From positions 2,129 through 66,128 of the forward strand of contig CAZABB010000006.1 in assembly GCA_964483625.1 (NCBI GenBank): a DNA stretch of 64,000 nucleotides, given 5' to 3'. The position numbers and the translations under genes are program-made. Below are positions 47,890-58,536 of this stretch, piece by piece. The stretch is from an uncultured Planctomycetia bacterium (GTDB lineage: Bacteria; Omnitrophota; Gorgyraeia; Duberdicusellales; 4484-171). The notes under the pieces are model-generated. The model did not search any database and was not told the origin of the DNA. It saw nothing but the letters and a program-made list of their open reading frames with translations. The stretch's first letter is position 1; each line of letters starts with the position of its first letter.

Positions 47890-48450
47890 TTATTTTTTTG
47901 AGGAAATAAGGCTTAACGCTTCTTCTCTGGTCTTCTGATTGGAACGGAAGATCCCGCGAACCACACTGGTCACGGTCGTTGCCCCCGGTTTTTTCACCCC
48001 CCGCATCGTCATACAGAGATGTTCGGCTTCGATCACCACCATGACGCCTTTGGGTTTGAGTTTTTTCATGATCACATCGGCGACCGAAGTCGTAAGGCGC
48101 TCCTGAACCTGGAGTCGCCGGGCCAGACAATCCACAACCCGGGCAATCTTACTCAAACCCGTAATGCGATTCTGAGGGATATAGGCGACATGCGCGGTTC
48201 CGATAAACGGAAGCAGATGGTGTTCGCAGAGTGAATACAGCGGAATACCCTTGATCAGGATAATCTCATCGTGCTTCTGCTCCAGGAAAATATCCAGTTC
48301 ATCGGCCGGATCTTTATGTTCCCCCGAAAGTATTTCTTCATACATGTCGGCGACTCGACGGGGTGTGGTCGCGATATCTTTACGCTTAAGATCGGCACCG
48401 ATGCCTTCTAAAATGATTTTCGCCCCTTGACCTATTTTTTTCTTATCCAT
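47890..48450 (-). CDS. folE: GTP cyclohydrolase I
   Basis: [33 protein letters not shown]. Confidence 0.96.
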   Translation of the reverse strand: MDKKKIGQGAKIILEGIGADLKRKDIATTPRRVADMYEEILSGEHKDPADELDIFLEQKHDEIILIKGIPLYSLCEHHLLPFIGTAHVAYIPQNRITGLSKIARVVDCLARRLQVQERLTTSVADVIMKKLKPKGVMVVIEAEHLCMTMRGVKKPGATTVTSVVRGIFRSNQKTREEALSLISSKK

Positions 48451-48540
48451 AATGTTTCATCCTTCCTTTTATGCGCAGATGACCACAGAACAACCCTGCG
48501 AGCCCGGCGGATGATCGCTGATTTTTATCTGCGATGATCC

Positions 48541-48558
48541 CTGCCTGCCGGCAGGCAG
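48541..48558. repeat. Perfect 18-bp REP-like palindrome within degenerate CGCAGAT/ATCTGCG repeats
   Basis: CTGCCTGCCGGCAGGCAG. Confidence 0.7.
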
Positions 48559-48594
48559 ATACGTCTCCTCATCTGCGATCCTCTGTGTCTCACC

Positions 48595-50040
48595 CTACTT
48601 CCCGATACAGAACCGGGTGAATATTTTATCCATTACCTCATCGTGCAATGTTTTACCCGTAAGCACATTCATTTTCGCGAATAATTCCCGCAAAGAGAAA
48701 TGAATGAAATCAAGCGAATGTCCGGCCCGATGGAATTGAAGAGCCTTCTCCACTTCCCGTTCCATCTGAACGAGAAGTTCCTTCTGCCATTGAGCCAAAA
48801 AGAGAACATCCTGATTTTTCGCGGTCCGGCCGGATGAAACCGCAGCCACAACAGCTTTCTCCAACGCGGCCATCCCTTTGTTTTTCAGAGCACTCATCTT
48901 GACCCGGCGCGCTTTCATTCGGTTTAACCGGTCACTCTTGAGCCGTTGCGGTAAATCGATTTTATTGAAAATGAGAATAACGTTCTTGTCCTGAACGGCA
49001 TCCAGCAAAAACCGGTCATGAGGGCCAAGCGGTTTTGAAGAATCAAGAACGATCAGGACAAGATCGGCTTCTTTGATCTTCCTCTGCGATTTCTCAATCG
49101 CCTTTTTGTCAATCAGATCCCTGGGTTCAAGGATGCCGGCGGTATCATGCATTTTAAGCGCCACACCGCGAATATATATCTCTTCCTGAATAACATCCCG
49201 AGTCGTTCCGGGAGTACGGGTTACAATAACCCGTTCCTGACGTAAGATGCGGTTGAACAGAGTCGACTTACCGACATTCGCTTTGCCGCAAATAACACAA
49301 TGTATATCCCCGCGGGCCAGATCACCCCGCCGGGCGTCTTCAAGAAAAATCTTAACCGTACGCCTTATGCTCTCCAGATGATTCCTGATCTCATCATCCG
49401 AAACGGCCGTTTCTTCTTCGTCTTCGGGGAACTGGAGGGAGGCTTCAACACGCATAACGAATTCGCTTATCTCATCAGACAGACGGCTGATTTTACGTGA
49501 ATACTCACCGCGCAGCTGAGCCGCCGCCTGAGCCAGTGCCGATTCATTTTTTGCCTCAACAATATCAACAATACTTTGCGCCTGAAGCAGATCAATTCTA
49601 CCTGAGATAAACGCCCGGTAGGTAAATTCGCCCGGCAATGCCAGCCGTACCCCGCGCTGGCAGAGCAGTTCCACGATTTTATTCACCGCCAGTGCGCCGC
49701 CGTGAGAAGAAATCTCTACCACATCCTGACGGGTATAGCTTTGGGGCTTGCGCATCATAGTAACCAGCACCTCATCTACCACCTTCGCTTTTTTCCCCAT
49801 CTTTGCTTTTTGATTTTTGATTTTTGATTTATCTACGATCCATCCGTAATGAACCGAAAATCCCCGCGCCCGGCGAATATCTTTCTTTTTTGCCGGCAAG
49901 AACAATGCCGCCACCTGAGAGATCGCGTCCGGACCGGACACTTTAATAACTCCCAGGGCCGCTTTTCCGGCAGAAGTCGCCACGGCGCAGATCGTATCGT
50001 TATGATTATACCGGCTTATACCGGATACCGGTTCAGACAT
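48595..50040 (-). CDS. mnmE: tRNA modification GTPase MnmE
   Basis: DTICAVAT, GEFTYRAF, GKANVGKS, GTTRD, DTAG, NKID, FCIGK. Confidence 0.95.
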   Translation of the reverse strand: MSEPVSGISRYNHNDTICAVATSAGKAALGVIKVSGPDAISQVAALFLPAKKKDIRRARGFSVHYGWIVDKSKIKNQKAKMGKKAKVVDEVLVTMMRKPQSYTRQDVVEISSHGGALAVNKIVELLCQRGVRLALPGEFTYRAFISGRIDLLQAQSIVDIVEAKNESALAQAAAQLRGEYSRKISRLSDEISEFVMRVEASLQFPEDEEETAVSDDEIRNHLESIRRTVKIFLEDARRGDLARGDIHCVICGKANVGKSTLFNRILRQERVIVTRTPGTTRDVIQEEIYIRGVALKMHDTAGILEPRDLIDKKAIEKSQRKIKEADLVLIVLDSSKPLGPHDRFLLDAVQDKNVILIFNKIDLPQRLKSDRLNRMKARRVKMSALKNKGMAALEKAVVAAVSSGRTAKNQDVLFLAQWQKELLVQMEREVEKALQFHRAGHSLDFIHFSLRELFAKMNVLTGKTLHDEVMDKIFTRFCIGK

Positions 50041-51403
50041 ATGTTCTCGGCCTTCGTATCGCCCGTTTGGCATCGGCAACCAGGAAAAGTGATCCGGCCA
50101 CTACGATCATCGTTCCTTTCTTTCTACGGATCAAATCCCGCGCCAGGTCCAATGCCTGCCGGGAATCCCGGGCATAATGAGCCTTTTGTATTTTCGCTTT
50201 TCTCATAATTTCTTCCGGCGGCATACTGCGGGGATTCTGGAAGCGGGTCAAAATGATTTCTGCATAAGGTATCTTATGAATCATCCAGGCAACATCCTTA
50301 TCCGAAGAAGCTCCGAAAATAAAAACGATTTTTTCACCCCCGTAATAATCACATAGATTCTTTGCCAGCACTCCGAAGGCGGCCGGATTATGAGCAACAT
50401 CAAGAACAACCGGCGGATTGGTTCCGGCCAGCTCAAACCGGCCGGAGATAAACGCAGCCTTCATCCCGACACGAAATCCCTCGGACCCGTTGAGGACTCC
50501 CTCATCGTTCAGAACTCCCATCGCCGCAAGAGCTAGAGAAGCGTTCGTGATTTGACAAACTCCTTTCATCCCGATCTTTAGGCCCCGCAGGTGCTCGTCC
50601 TGCCGAGAAAAGTCAAACCGGGACTCCTCACTTCCCAGGATAACATTTTCAAAATCAAAATCGGTTCCCAGAAGAAAGACTTTCGATCGATTTCGTCGGC
50701 CGGCACGTTTGATTTCCCGTAAGACACCGGGGCGCTGATGGGAACTTACGACAGGAACATTCGGCTTGATAATCCCCGCTTTCTCGCGGGCAATCTCCGG
50801 AAGAGTTCCGCCCAGAACCTGCGTATGATCATAGTCGATCGAGGTTAAAATCGAGATGAGCGGTGTTACCACATTGGTCGCATCAAGCCTTCCGCCCAAT
50901 CCGGTTTCCAGAACGACAAAGTCGGGTTTTTTCTTCAGAAAATAACGCAATGCCAGGGCGGTATAGATTTCAAAAAACGTCGGAGTATCGTGCCCTCCGG
51001 CGCTTCTTATATTCTCCAGAACCGGTTTGAATTCAGCGATAATCGCGATAACCTCCGGGCGGGAGATCGAACTTACATGGATTCCTCCTGTTTTGCCTAT
51101 CGCCTTCTGTTTGCACCGACGGTAAAGGGCAATCCGTTCGGTCAGATCAAAAAAATGAGGCGACGTATAGAGTCCTACGCGATACCCCGATGCGGCAAGC
51201 ATTGAAACGCAGAAGGTCGCCGTCGAACCTTTTCCTTTGGTCCCCGCGATATGGATGTATTTCAGTCGAGAGTACTCGATGCCCAATCGCTTAAGCAGCA
51301 GACGCATTCTATCCAGCTTCATCGCCCGGGCGTAAGAATCTGGCGGCTTCTTCTCGTAATTGATAAACGAATCCAGATACGCGACTGTTTCCTTATAGTT
51401 CAT
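50033..51403 (-). CDS. folC: Folylpolyglutamate/dihydrofolate synthase
   Basis: IAGTKGKGS, YTSPH, ETGLGGRLDATN, EKAGIIK, LDVAHN. Confidence 0.95.
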   Translation of the reverse strand: MNYKETVAYLDSFINYEKKPPDSYARAMKLDRMRLLLKRLGIEYSRLKYIHIAGTKGKGSTATFCVSMLAASGYRVGLYTSPHFFDLTERIALYRRCKQKAIGKTGGIHVSSISRPEVIAIIAEFKPVLENIRSAGGHDTPTFFEIYTALALRYFLKKKPDFVVLETGLGGRLDATNVVTPLISILTSIDYDHTQVLGGTLPEIAREKAGIIKPNVPVVSSHQRPGVLREIKRAGRRNRSKVFLLGTDFDFENVILGSEESRFDFSRQDEHLRGLKIGMKGVCQITNASLALAAMGVLNDEGVLNGSEGFRVGMKAAFISGRFELAGTNPPVVLDVAHNPAAFGVLAKNLCDYYGGEKIVFIFGASSDKDVAWMIHKIPYAEIILTRFQNPRSMPPEEIMRKAKIQKAHYARDSRQALDLARDLIRRKKGTMIVVAGSLFLVADAKRAIRRPRTYV

Positions 51404-51463
51404 GCATCGCTCCATGGTTCTACCGTGCTATCTCGGAACATTTTCGATCATCTGCGTGACGGA

Positions 51464-52978
51464 TCAGTGGCGGAAGTGACGGATACCCGTAAACACCATC
51501 GAAAGTTTGAGTTTATTACATAATTCGATTATCGACTGATCTTTAATCGACCCCCCCGGCTGAATAATCGCTTTGATTCCGTATCTCTTTATCAACTTTA
51601 CCGAATCGGGCTTAGGAAAGAATCCGTCCGATGCCAATACGGCACCTTTAACGGGTTTAGAGGCGTTGGCGATGGCGATTTTTACCGATCCCACCCGGGA
51701 AGGCTGTCCGCCGCCGATGCCCAGCGTCGCCCCACCTTTGGCAACAACAATGGCGTTGGACTTGACGAACTTAACCACCCGCCAGGCGAACAGCAGATCG
51801 GTCATTTCCCGCTGGGTAGGCTTTCTTTTTGTAACCACTTTCATCTGGTTTTTCTCCAGGATCGCCGTATTGTTATCCTGAATCAAGTATCCGAAAATCG
51901 TGCGTTTGATATCTTTATTATTGGCAACCTTAGAAAAATTCATCTCAAGAACACGCAGATTTTTCTTGGCTGAAAAGAGCTTCAAGGCTTCCTTGGAATA
52001 AGACGGGGCGATAATACATTCTTTGAAATCACTCTTTAATATTTTCTGCGCCGTTTTCCCGTCAATCTTGCGGTTTACCCCCACAATCCCTCCGAAACTC
52101 GAAATCGGATCGCACTTATACGCGCTCTCATACGCGCGATTGAGTTTTTTATTGCAGGCGACACCGCAGGGAGAAGAATGCTTCAAGACGGCAACCGCCG
52201 GTTCGTTGAAACTTTTCACGATAGCGAAAGCCGTATCCAGATCGCACAGATTGTTAAAGGAAAGCGGTTTTCCCTGTATCTGGGTATACTCGACACCTTC
52301 TGTCCCCGAAAGTCTATACAACCCGGCTTTCTGATGAGGGTTTTCTCCGTAACGCAAAGAAGCGGATTTCTCCATGTCCCACACCAGCATATCCTGTTTT
52401 TTCAAAAAACTGAAAATCGCCGCATCATATTCTTTGGTCAACCGGAATATCTCACAGGCAAAATCACGGGAAGTCGCCTCATTTAGCATCCCTTTCTGGT
52501 TTTCCAATTCATCGATGATTCTGCGATACTGGGAAGGCGAAGAGACCGGAATGGTATTTTTGAAATTCTTCGCGGCCGCCCGCAACATCGCCGGGCCGCC
52601 GATATCGACATACTCCATCATCTGATCAAAGGTAAGCTTCTCTTTCAGCATCCGCCGGAACGGATAGAAATTCACGATAACCATATCGATCGAGTCGATT
52701 TCGAGATTCCTCATTTCCTCCATATGCAAAGGATTCCGTTTATTAGCCAGAATCCCGCCGAAAATCTTAGGATGAAGGGTCTTCACCCGTCCGGAAAGAA
52801 TTTCCGGGAACTCGGCAAGAGAAGACACCTTTTTGACCGGAACTCCGCCTTTGGTCAATAACGCCGCGGTCTTTCCCGTAGAGATAATTTCGACATTGAA
52901 TTTCTTGAGCTTCCGGGCGAACTCAAGAAGCCCTTTTTTATTCCATACACTGATCAACGCTCTTCTTACTTTAATCAT
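51464..52978 (-). CDS. purH: Bifunctional AICAR transformylase/IMP cyclohydrolase
   Basis: GRVKTLHP, DIGGP, LRYGENPHQ, KSNAI, ASDGFFP, RHFRH. Confidence 0.96.
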   Translation of the reverse strand: MIKVRRALISVWNKKGLLEFARKLKKFNVEIISTGKTAALLTKGGVPVKKVSSLAEFPEILSGRVKTLHPKIFGGILANKRNPLHMEEMRNLEIDSIDMVIVNFYPFRRMLKEKLTFDQMMEYVDIGGPAMLRAAAKNFKNTIPVSSPSQYRRIIDELENQKGMLNEATSRDFACEIFRLTKEYDAAIFSFLKKQDMLVWDMEKSASLRYGENPHQKAGLYRLSGTEGVEYTQIQGKPLSFNNLCDLDTAFAIVKSFNEPAVAVLKHSSPCGVACNKKLNRAYESAYKCDPISSFGGIVGVNRKIDGKTAQKILKSDFKECIIAPSYSKEALKLFSAKKNLRVLEMNFSKVANNKDIKRTIFGYLIQDNNTAILEKNQMKVVTKRKPTQREMTDLLFAWRVVKFVKSNAIVVAKGGATLGIGGGQPSRVGSVKIAIANASKPVKGAVLASDGFFPKPDSVKLIKRYGIKAIIQPGGSIKDQSIIELCNKLKLSMVFTGIRHFRH

Positions 52979-53080
52979 ATACAAATGATTACGGTGATTA
53001 TCCCGGGATTACGGTGATTAAAAACAAAAATGTTTTTTCATCACTGTAATCATGCTCTTTTAAATCACTGCAATCCCTCC

Positions 53081-53776
53081 TTACACATTAAATTTCACCT
53101 CAATAATATCTTCCGCCTGGATGAGGTATTCTTTGCCTACCGTCTGGACCAATCCTTTCGCCCGGGCTTCGGCCATGTTGAAAAACTTATCCAGATCGGC
53201 CGCTTTGGTCACATCAGCCTTGATGAACCCGCGAGCCAGGTCACTGTGAATACGCCCCGCCGCCTCAACAACTGTCGCCCCTTGTTTCACACTCCAGGCG
53301 TGAACTTCTTTTTTCCCGGCGGTAAAAAATAAAAAGACCTGCGCTTTTTTCAGTAGATCGGCGATAAGTTTATCCCGATCCTCTCCTCTCTCAACAGCCA
53401 GAGACGGCTTATAGGTGCCAAAAGAAAGATTCTTTAACAAGCCATGCTCTTCTTCTGTGAATTCACCGTGGGCATCACAGAGAAGCACCTCGCGTTCAAG
53501 CAGTCCCTGCGCTTTCTCCAGTATAGACTGTTCCTTTTGCTCCGGGCCGCGTTGGAGGCGTTTTTCTATTTTTTCCAGATCAAAGAACACATAGTCAAAC
53601 TGTCGAACTTTGGCGTATATGACCGCGTCGGCTTTCTCGAAATCCTCGCCGATAAATTCGACCGTGTACGGTGTTGCTTTTTGAGGAGAAAACTTCTCGA
53701 CGAGCGTATCGAACGTTTGACAATGATATTTATGTTTCCCGGGTTGGACGTCCAAACCAAAGCTGGCAATCTTCAT
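53081..53776 (-). CDS. Shortened YchF-like protein with TGS/DUF933 domain, no P-loop
   Basis: FFTAGKKEVHAW, AAGRIHSDLARGFIKA, GKEY. Confidence 0.8.
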   Translation of the reverse strand: MKIASFGLDVQPGKHKYHCQTFDTLVEKFSPQKATPYTVEFIGEDFEKADAVIYAKVRQFDYVFFDLEKIEKRLQRGPEQKEQSILEKAQGLLEREVLLCDAHGEFTEEEHGLLKNLSFGTYKPSLAVERGEDRDKLIADLLKKAQVFLFFTAGKKEVHAWSVKQGATVVEAAGRIHSDLARGFIKADVTKAADLDKFFNMAEARAKGLVQTVGKEYLIQAEDIIEVKFNV

Positions 53777-55776
53777 CCGTCTTCTTTTTTGGCATCTTTG
53801 GCTTGTTGAATAATCGCCTGGGCAATACGCTGCGGGACAACGTCATAATGAGAAAATTGCATGGTATAACTGCCGCGGCCGCCGGTAACCGAACGTAAAT
53901 CGGAAGCGTACTTAAACATTTCCGCCAGGGGAATCTTTGCCTTCACAATTTCGTTTTTCCCTCGCATCTCCATCCCCATGACCCGGCCCCGGCGGGAATT
54001 GATATCTCCGGTAATCTGCCCCATGAATTCTTCCGGAACGACGATCTCCACGTTCATGATCGGCTCGATAAGAACCGTTTCACTCTGCTCCATCGCTTTT
54101 TTTAAAGCCATCGACCCGGCAATTTGAAAAGACATATCGGATGAATCTACGGGGTGGTATGATCCATCAAAAAGCGTTACCCGGATATCGGATACCGGGA
54201 ATCCGGCAAGAATCCCCGCCTGCATTGCTTTCTTAATTCCTTTTTCCACCGAAGGAATAAAGTTGCGCGGAATTGCGCCGCCGACGATTTTATCGACAAA
54301 TTCAAAATTCTTGCCTCTTTCCAGCGGCTCAACCTCGATAGAAACGTCCCCGTACTGGCCGTGCCCCCCGGTCTGCTTTTTATATTTCGACTGGACTTTT
54401 ACGGGTTTACTCACCGTTTCTCTGTAAGGGACTTTAGGGGTCCCTAAATCGACATTCGCGCCGTATTTGCGTTTCATCCGCTCAATGATGACGTTTAAAT
54501 GCAATTCCCCCATCCCGGAGATAATCAGTTCTTTGGTCTGTTCGTCACGGGAAACACAAAAAGTAGGATCTTCACTGGTCAGACGCGAAAGCGCCGTGGA
54601 TATTTTTTCCTCATCTTTACGCGATTTTGGTTTGACCGATGCCGAATAGACCGGCGAGGGAAATACCAACTCGGGAAAGACGAAATTCTTGCCCGCGGTA
54701 GCCAGAGTATCCTGTGTATGCGTGTCTTTTAACTTTGCCACCGCAACAATATCTCCCGCGGAAACCTGCTCTTTCGCGATCTGCTGTTTGCCCTGCAAGG
54801 CAAATATCTGGCCGACCTTTTCTTTGGTCTGAGTCGTTACGTTATACATGTCCGAACTGGCCGAGAGGGTACCGGAAAATATCCGAAAAATACTCATTTG
54901 CCCCACAAAAGGGTCGATCACCGTCTTAAACACTTGAGCGGCAAATTCTCCGCCAGCGTCAGGCTCAACGGTCATCTCGTTTCCCTCAGACGTTTTTACC
55001 GTACGCGGCAGGGCATCGGAAACCGCCGGCATTTCCTTACGGATAAAATCGATTAAAAACTGAACACCGGTCTCCTCAACCGCCACACCTCCCAATATAG
55101 GAAATACTTTTGAATGCACGATTGCTTTACGTAACGCCGGGACAAATTCGGCTTCCTCCAGCGCTCCGGTTTCAAGGTACTTCTCCAAAAGCGCATCATC
55201 ACTTTCGGCAACTTTTTCCACGATCTGCCCGTAGGCGTCACTGAAAGCATCTTTCTGTTCGATAACTCCCGCGACCTTACCCGACTCAACGACGGCAATA
55301 GGCACGGCGTCTTTGGTAAGCGTTTCTCGGATCTCTTTTACCAGAGAAGCATAATCGCTTGTCGCTTTATCCATTTTATTAATGAAAAACAGACAGGGAA
55401 GATTTTCCCGCCGGGCCAGATCCCAGGCTTTCTCGGTACCCACCTCAACGCCGGCCGCGGCATCAACCACAATGACCACAAAATCGACGGCACGAACGGC
55501 CGCGCAGAGTTCTCCGACAAAGTCAAGATATCCCGGCACGTCGATAAACTGGAAAGAATAGTCCTTTCCTTCGGCATTCACGACCGAAAGGTTGATCGAG
55601 CTCCTCCGGTCCTTCTCATCCTCTTCATGATCGCTGATACTGGTCCCGTCATCGACTTTACCGAACCGGGAAGATGCGCCTAATTTATACAGGATTGCTT
55701 CGATAAGAGAGGTCTTGCCGCTCTGGGCATGCCCACATAACAAGAAGGTAAATTTTTGCGCGAGGTTTGTACTCAT
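53773..55776 (-). CDS. Elongation factor G paralogue (EF-G2-like)
   Basis: GHAQSGKT, DVPGYLDF, NKMD, GMGELHL, KKQTGGHGQYG, GSYHPVDSS. Confidence 0.9.
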   Translation of the reverse strand: MSTNLAQKFTFLLCGHAQSGKTSLIEAILYKLGASSRFGKVDDGTSISDHEEDEKDRRSSINLSVVNAEGKDYSFQFIDVPGYLDFVGELCAAVRAVDFVVIVVDAAAGVEVGTEKAWDLARRENLPCLFFINKMDKATSDYASLVKEIRETLTKDAVPIAVVESGKVAGVIEQKDAFSDAYGQIVEKVAESDDALLEKYLETGALEEAEFVPALRKAIVHSKVFPILGGVAVEETGVQFLIDFIRKEMPAVSDALPRTVKTSEGNEMTVEPDAGGEFAAQVFKTVIDPFVGQMSIFRIFSGTLSASSDMYNVTTQTKEKVGQIFALQGKQQIAKEQVSAGDIVAVAKLKDTHTQDTLATAGKNFVFPELVFPSPVYSASVKPKSRKDEEKISTALSRLTSEDPTFCVSRDEQTKELIISGMGELHLNVIIERMKRKYGANVDLGTPKVPYRETVSKPVKVQSKYKKQTGGHGQYGDVSIEVEPLERGKNFEFVDKIVGGAIPRNFIPSVEKGIKKAMQAGILAGFPVSDIRVTLFDGSYHPVDSSDMSFQIAGSMALKKAMEQSETVLIEPIMNVEIVVPEEFMGQITGDINSRRGRVMGMEMRGKNEIVKAKIPLAEMFKYASDLRSVTGGRGSYTMQFSHYDVVPQRIAQAIIQQAKDAKKEDG

Positions 55777-55801
55777 AATCTACATTTGAACGTAATGGTC
55801 A

Positions 55802-55830
55802 ATTATAGTAAAAATATCGTTCTTCGTCAA
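55802..55830 (-). promoter_or_regulatory. Sigma70 promoter of the EF-G2 operon
   Basis: TTGACG-17-TATAAT on minus strand. Confidence 0.7.
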
Positions 55831-55916
55831 TGGCGGTTTTATTATTATCCCTAAATTATTACCAATGAATGGGTTAGATGAAATAATCGAGGGGATTTTA
55901 CGGGGATTTTACGGTG

Positions 55917-56159
55917 TTATTTAAGAACGCCGCCGGGAATGATTCCTTTTTGGGCGACCGGGGATGTTACGACTTTCCCCGCGGTATGAGCGATCTTTGC
56001 CGTTGATTCGACGACTTTTCCGGTTGTCGTCACGACTTTCCCCGCGGTATCGATCGCTTCCCCGGGAATTTTAAGCAGAACACAGCCGGTGAAAATGAAT
56101 ATACACCATCCCGCCAAAAACATCCTGTTTATCACCATTAATCGATATTCATTATTCAT
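55917..56159 (-). CDS. Small lipoprotein-like protein
   Basis: FTGC lipobox-like; repeated (A/T)GKVV. Confidence 0.5.
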   Translation of the reverse strand: MNNEYRLMVINRMFLAGWCIFIFTGCVLLKIPGEAIDTAGKVVTTTGKVVESTAKIAHTAGKVVTSPVAQKGIIPGGVLK

Positions 56160-56171
56160 GATGGATAGGAT

Positions 56172-56678
56172 CTACCGAAATAATCCGGCATAGAGAGAAT
56201 CCCGGTACATACGAATTTTTTTCAGTTTGAGCAGGTGCTTTTCCTCTTCGCCGATGATCAGGCTCAACGTATCCCGAGCCGGTTTCTCTTTAACGTATTC
56301 CCGGACTTTCTGATAAAAAATAAGCGTGTTTATCTCAACATCCATCGCCAGCTTAAGCAATCTCACATGCGCATTCTTTTGCTGGACGGCCGTATCCCGA
56401 ACCTCAGAGACATCGAAAAACGCCATCCCGCGCATAAAGGCATCAAGCAGATCCTCAAACTGGCTGTCGGCTTTAAACGATCCTTTGCGGCGGCGGGTCC
56501 GATTGGCCAGCCGGGTAAACCGCCGGGCATGTTTTATTTCCTGGTCCCGCAAATACACAAACAGTTTCTGCAGCTGTTTATCAGTAGTCAGACGCAGCGC
56601 TTTCTCATAGAATATTTCTCCCTGCTGCTCGATATTCACCGCCCACCTCAGGATATCATCGAACGCATACTTCGCCAT
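56172..56678 (-). CDS. Ferritin-like/rubrerythrin-family protein
   Basis: E..G..FY, E.KH, E....FY, EEEKH. Confidence 0.85.
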   Translation of the reverse strand: MAKYAFDDILRWAVNIEQQGEIFYEKALRLTTDKQLQKLFVYLRDQEIKHARRFTRLANRTRRRKGSFKADSQFEDLLDAFMRGMAFFDVSEVRDTAVQQKNAHVRLLKLAMDVEINTLIFYQKVREYVKEKPARDTLSLIIGEEEKHLLKLKKIRMYRDSLYAGLFR

Positions 56679-56685
56679 TGTTCGT

Positions 56686-57189
56686 TTACACCCCCTTCTC
56701 TATCTTGAGGATATTCACAAGGAGTTCTTTATGTTTTTCTTCCTGGGAAATGATCTCATCCAGTTCTTTTCGGGTATCAGCAATGACATGTTCGGCGCAC
56801 GCCCGATAGAACGCTATGGATTTATCTTCAATGATCACCCCCAGATTAAGCGCCCGGCCGACATCGCTGATCACCTCACACATTTCTTTCATCTGATTGT
56901 ACGGTTCATAGATGCCGAAATCCATACTACCCAGGAGATCATTATCCTCGCCGGGATCCGGTTCTTTTTGTCTGAGTTCAGTAAGGGCGTTCTCGAAAAA
57001 CGAAAGATGTTTTCTCTCCTCTTCGATAAGGAATTTCAGCATCGACTGAGCCTTCTCATCGTGAGTACATGCGAGAACTTTTTCGTAAAAACTGATGCCC
57101 TGTTTTTCGACCGCAAGCGCCATCCGATAGGCGTCAAATCCGCTGAAATCGGTAATCACCGGTTTGCCGTCATGTATTTTTATTTGCAT
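56686..57189 (-). CDS. Ferritin-like/rubrerythrin-family protein
   Basis: EKQG..FY, EERKH, EDKS..FY, EEKH. Confidence 0.85.
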   Translation of the reverse strand: MQIKIHDGKPVITDFSGFDAYRMALAVEKQGISFYEKVLACTHDEKAQSMLKFLIEEERKHLSFFENALTELRQKEPDPGEDNDLLGSMDFGIYEPYNQMKEMCEVISDVGRALNLGVIIEDKSIAFYRACAEHVIADTRKELDEIISQEEKHKELLVNILKIEKGV

Positions 57190-57216
57190 CGTTCGTCCTC
57201 CTCTTAGAATTCAGTA

Positions 57217-58536
57217 TTAATAAGTATACATCGCATCGATTATCCCGGCCATAACAAAGTCATTCTCGGTAAGTCCGCCCGCGGCGTGAGTCGTAAGGAT
57301 AACGGTCAACTTATTGTAGCCAAACCGGACCGAAGGATGATGCCCTTCGGCTTTTGCCACTTCCGCGATCAGATGAGCGAAAAGCTGTACATCGCCGTAA
57401 TGTGAAAACGAAAATTGTTTTTTGATTTTGGTCGCCTTGATCGATTCCCAGCAGGAAAGTTCACCTAACCGTTCGGTAACGGCGCTTTCGGATAATGAAG
57501 AAATACCTCCTTCACAGACGACACAATGCCCTGCTTCCGGCGCATCCTGCGCCGGCGACGCGAGGATACTCTTTAATGCTTTCAGGATTTCCTCATAATC
57601 GGGGCTTTGCGTAAGCTCGGGTACGATCTGGATATACCGAATGACATCGTTTTTATCGACGATCACGACCGCCCGGGCAAGCAATTTCAATTCTTTAATG
57701 AGCAATCCGTAATTACTCCCGAACGAAAGCGACTGGTAATCGCTTAATGTAGTCACCTTATCGATACTGTTTGCCTGACAGAACCGCTTCTGAGCGAAAG
57801 GGAGATCACAGCTGATCCCGACGATCACAACGTCATCGGAAAATGTTGCTGCCTTTTTATTGAATTCCTTCACCTGCAGGTCACAGACCGGCGTATCCAG
57901 GGACGGGAAACTGGTCAGGATCTTTACCTTCCCGGCAAAGGCGCCCAATCCTGCGGGCTTTAAACCGGTATCGACCGCGCTGAAACTACTTGCTCTCCGG
58001 CCTAAAACCAGCGGCCGGCCGGCACAATGAAGCGATGCGCCGGAAAACGTCACCACCCCCGGTGCGTGGGCTCCCAGGGTAACCTCCCGCAGTCTCTGGC
58101 GTACCCGTTCGCGATGGTCTTTCGTCATCTTCTTCAAAGCACCCAGTAAGTCTTTAAGCTGATCGGCATCGTTTTCGATAACTTCAAAAAAGTCCTTTTC
58201 TAAAAAGGCGTCTTCGACCTCTAACGCCATCTCAAGCACATTCCGTTCGCTCACCGAAGCCTTTTGAACGCGAACGATAAGATCGTCGATCTTTTGAGCA
58301 AACGCCTCCACCGCCAACATGCTGAATCGTCCTGTATCGACCGCCACGTCTTTACTTTGAACTTTTTTATGGAAATCGGCAAGAACCCGGGCGTGGTCGA
58401 GTTCCTCATCAACCAGTTTGCGGAAGAAATCATCTAAAGCGGGCACTTTTTTGGCGCACCATGCATACAGCCGCCCGGCGGCCTCTTCATTCTGGATCAT
58501 GACCGTTAATTGCGCGAGATTTTCCTTTTCTGACAT
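57217..58536 (-). CDS. Fusion: ferritin-like + thiol peroxidase (Tpx) + pterin-4a-carbinolamine dehydratase
   Basis: EELDH; PSLDTPVC, DLPFAQKRFC, LLARAV; EGHHP, THAAGGLTENDF. Confidence 0.85.
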   Translation of the reverse strand: MSEKENLAQLTVMIQNEEAAGRLYAWCAKKVPALDDFFRKLVDEELDHARVLADFHKKVQSKDVAVDTGRFSMLAVEAFAQKIDDLIVRVQKASVSERNVLEMALEVEDAFLEKDFFEVIENDADQLKDLLGALKKMTKDHRERVRQRLREVTLGAHAPGVVTFSGASLHCAGRPLVLGRRASSFSAVDTGLKPAGLGAFAGKVKILTSFPSLDTPVCDLQVKEFNKKAATFSDDVVIVGISCDLPFAQKRFCQANSIDKVTTLSDYQSLSFGSNYGLLIKELKLLARAVVIVDKNDVIRYIQIVPELTQSPDYEEILKALKSILASPAQDAPEAGHCVVCEGGISSLSESAVTERLGELSCWESIKATKIKKQFSFSHYGDVQLFAHLIAEVAKAEGHHPSVRFGYNKLTVILTTHAAGGLTENDFVMAGIIDAMYTY

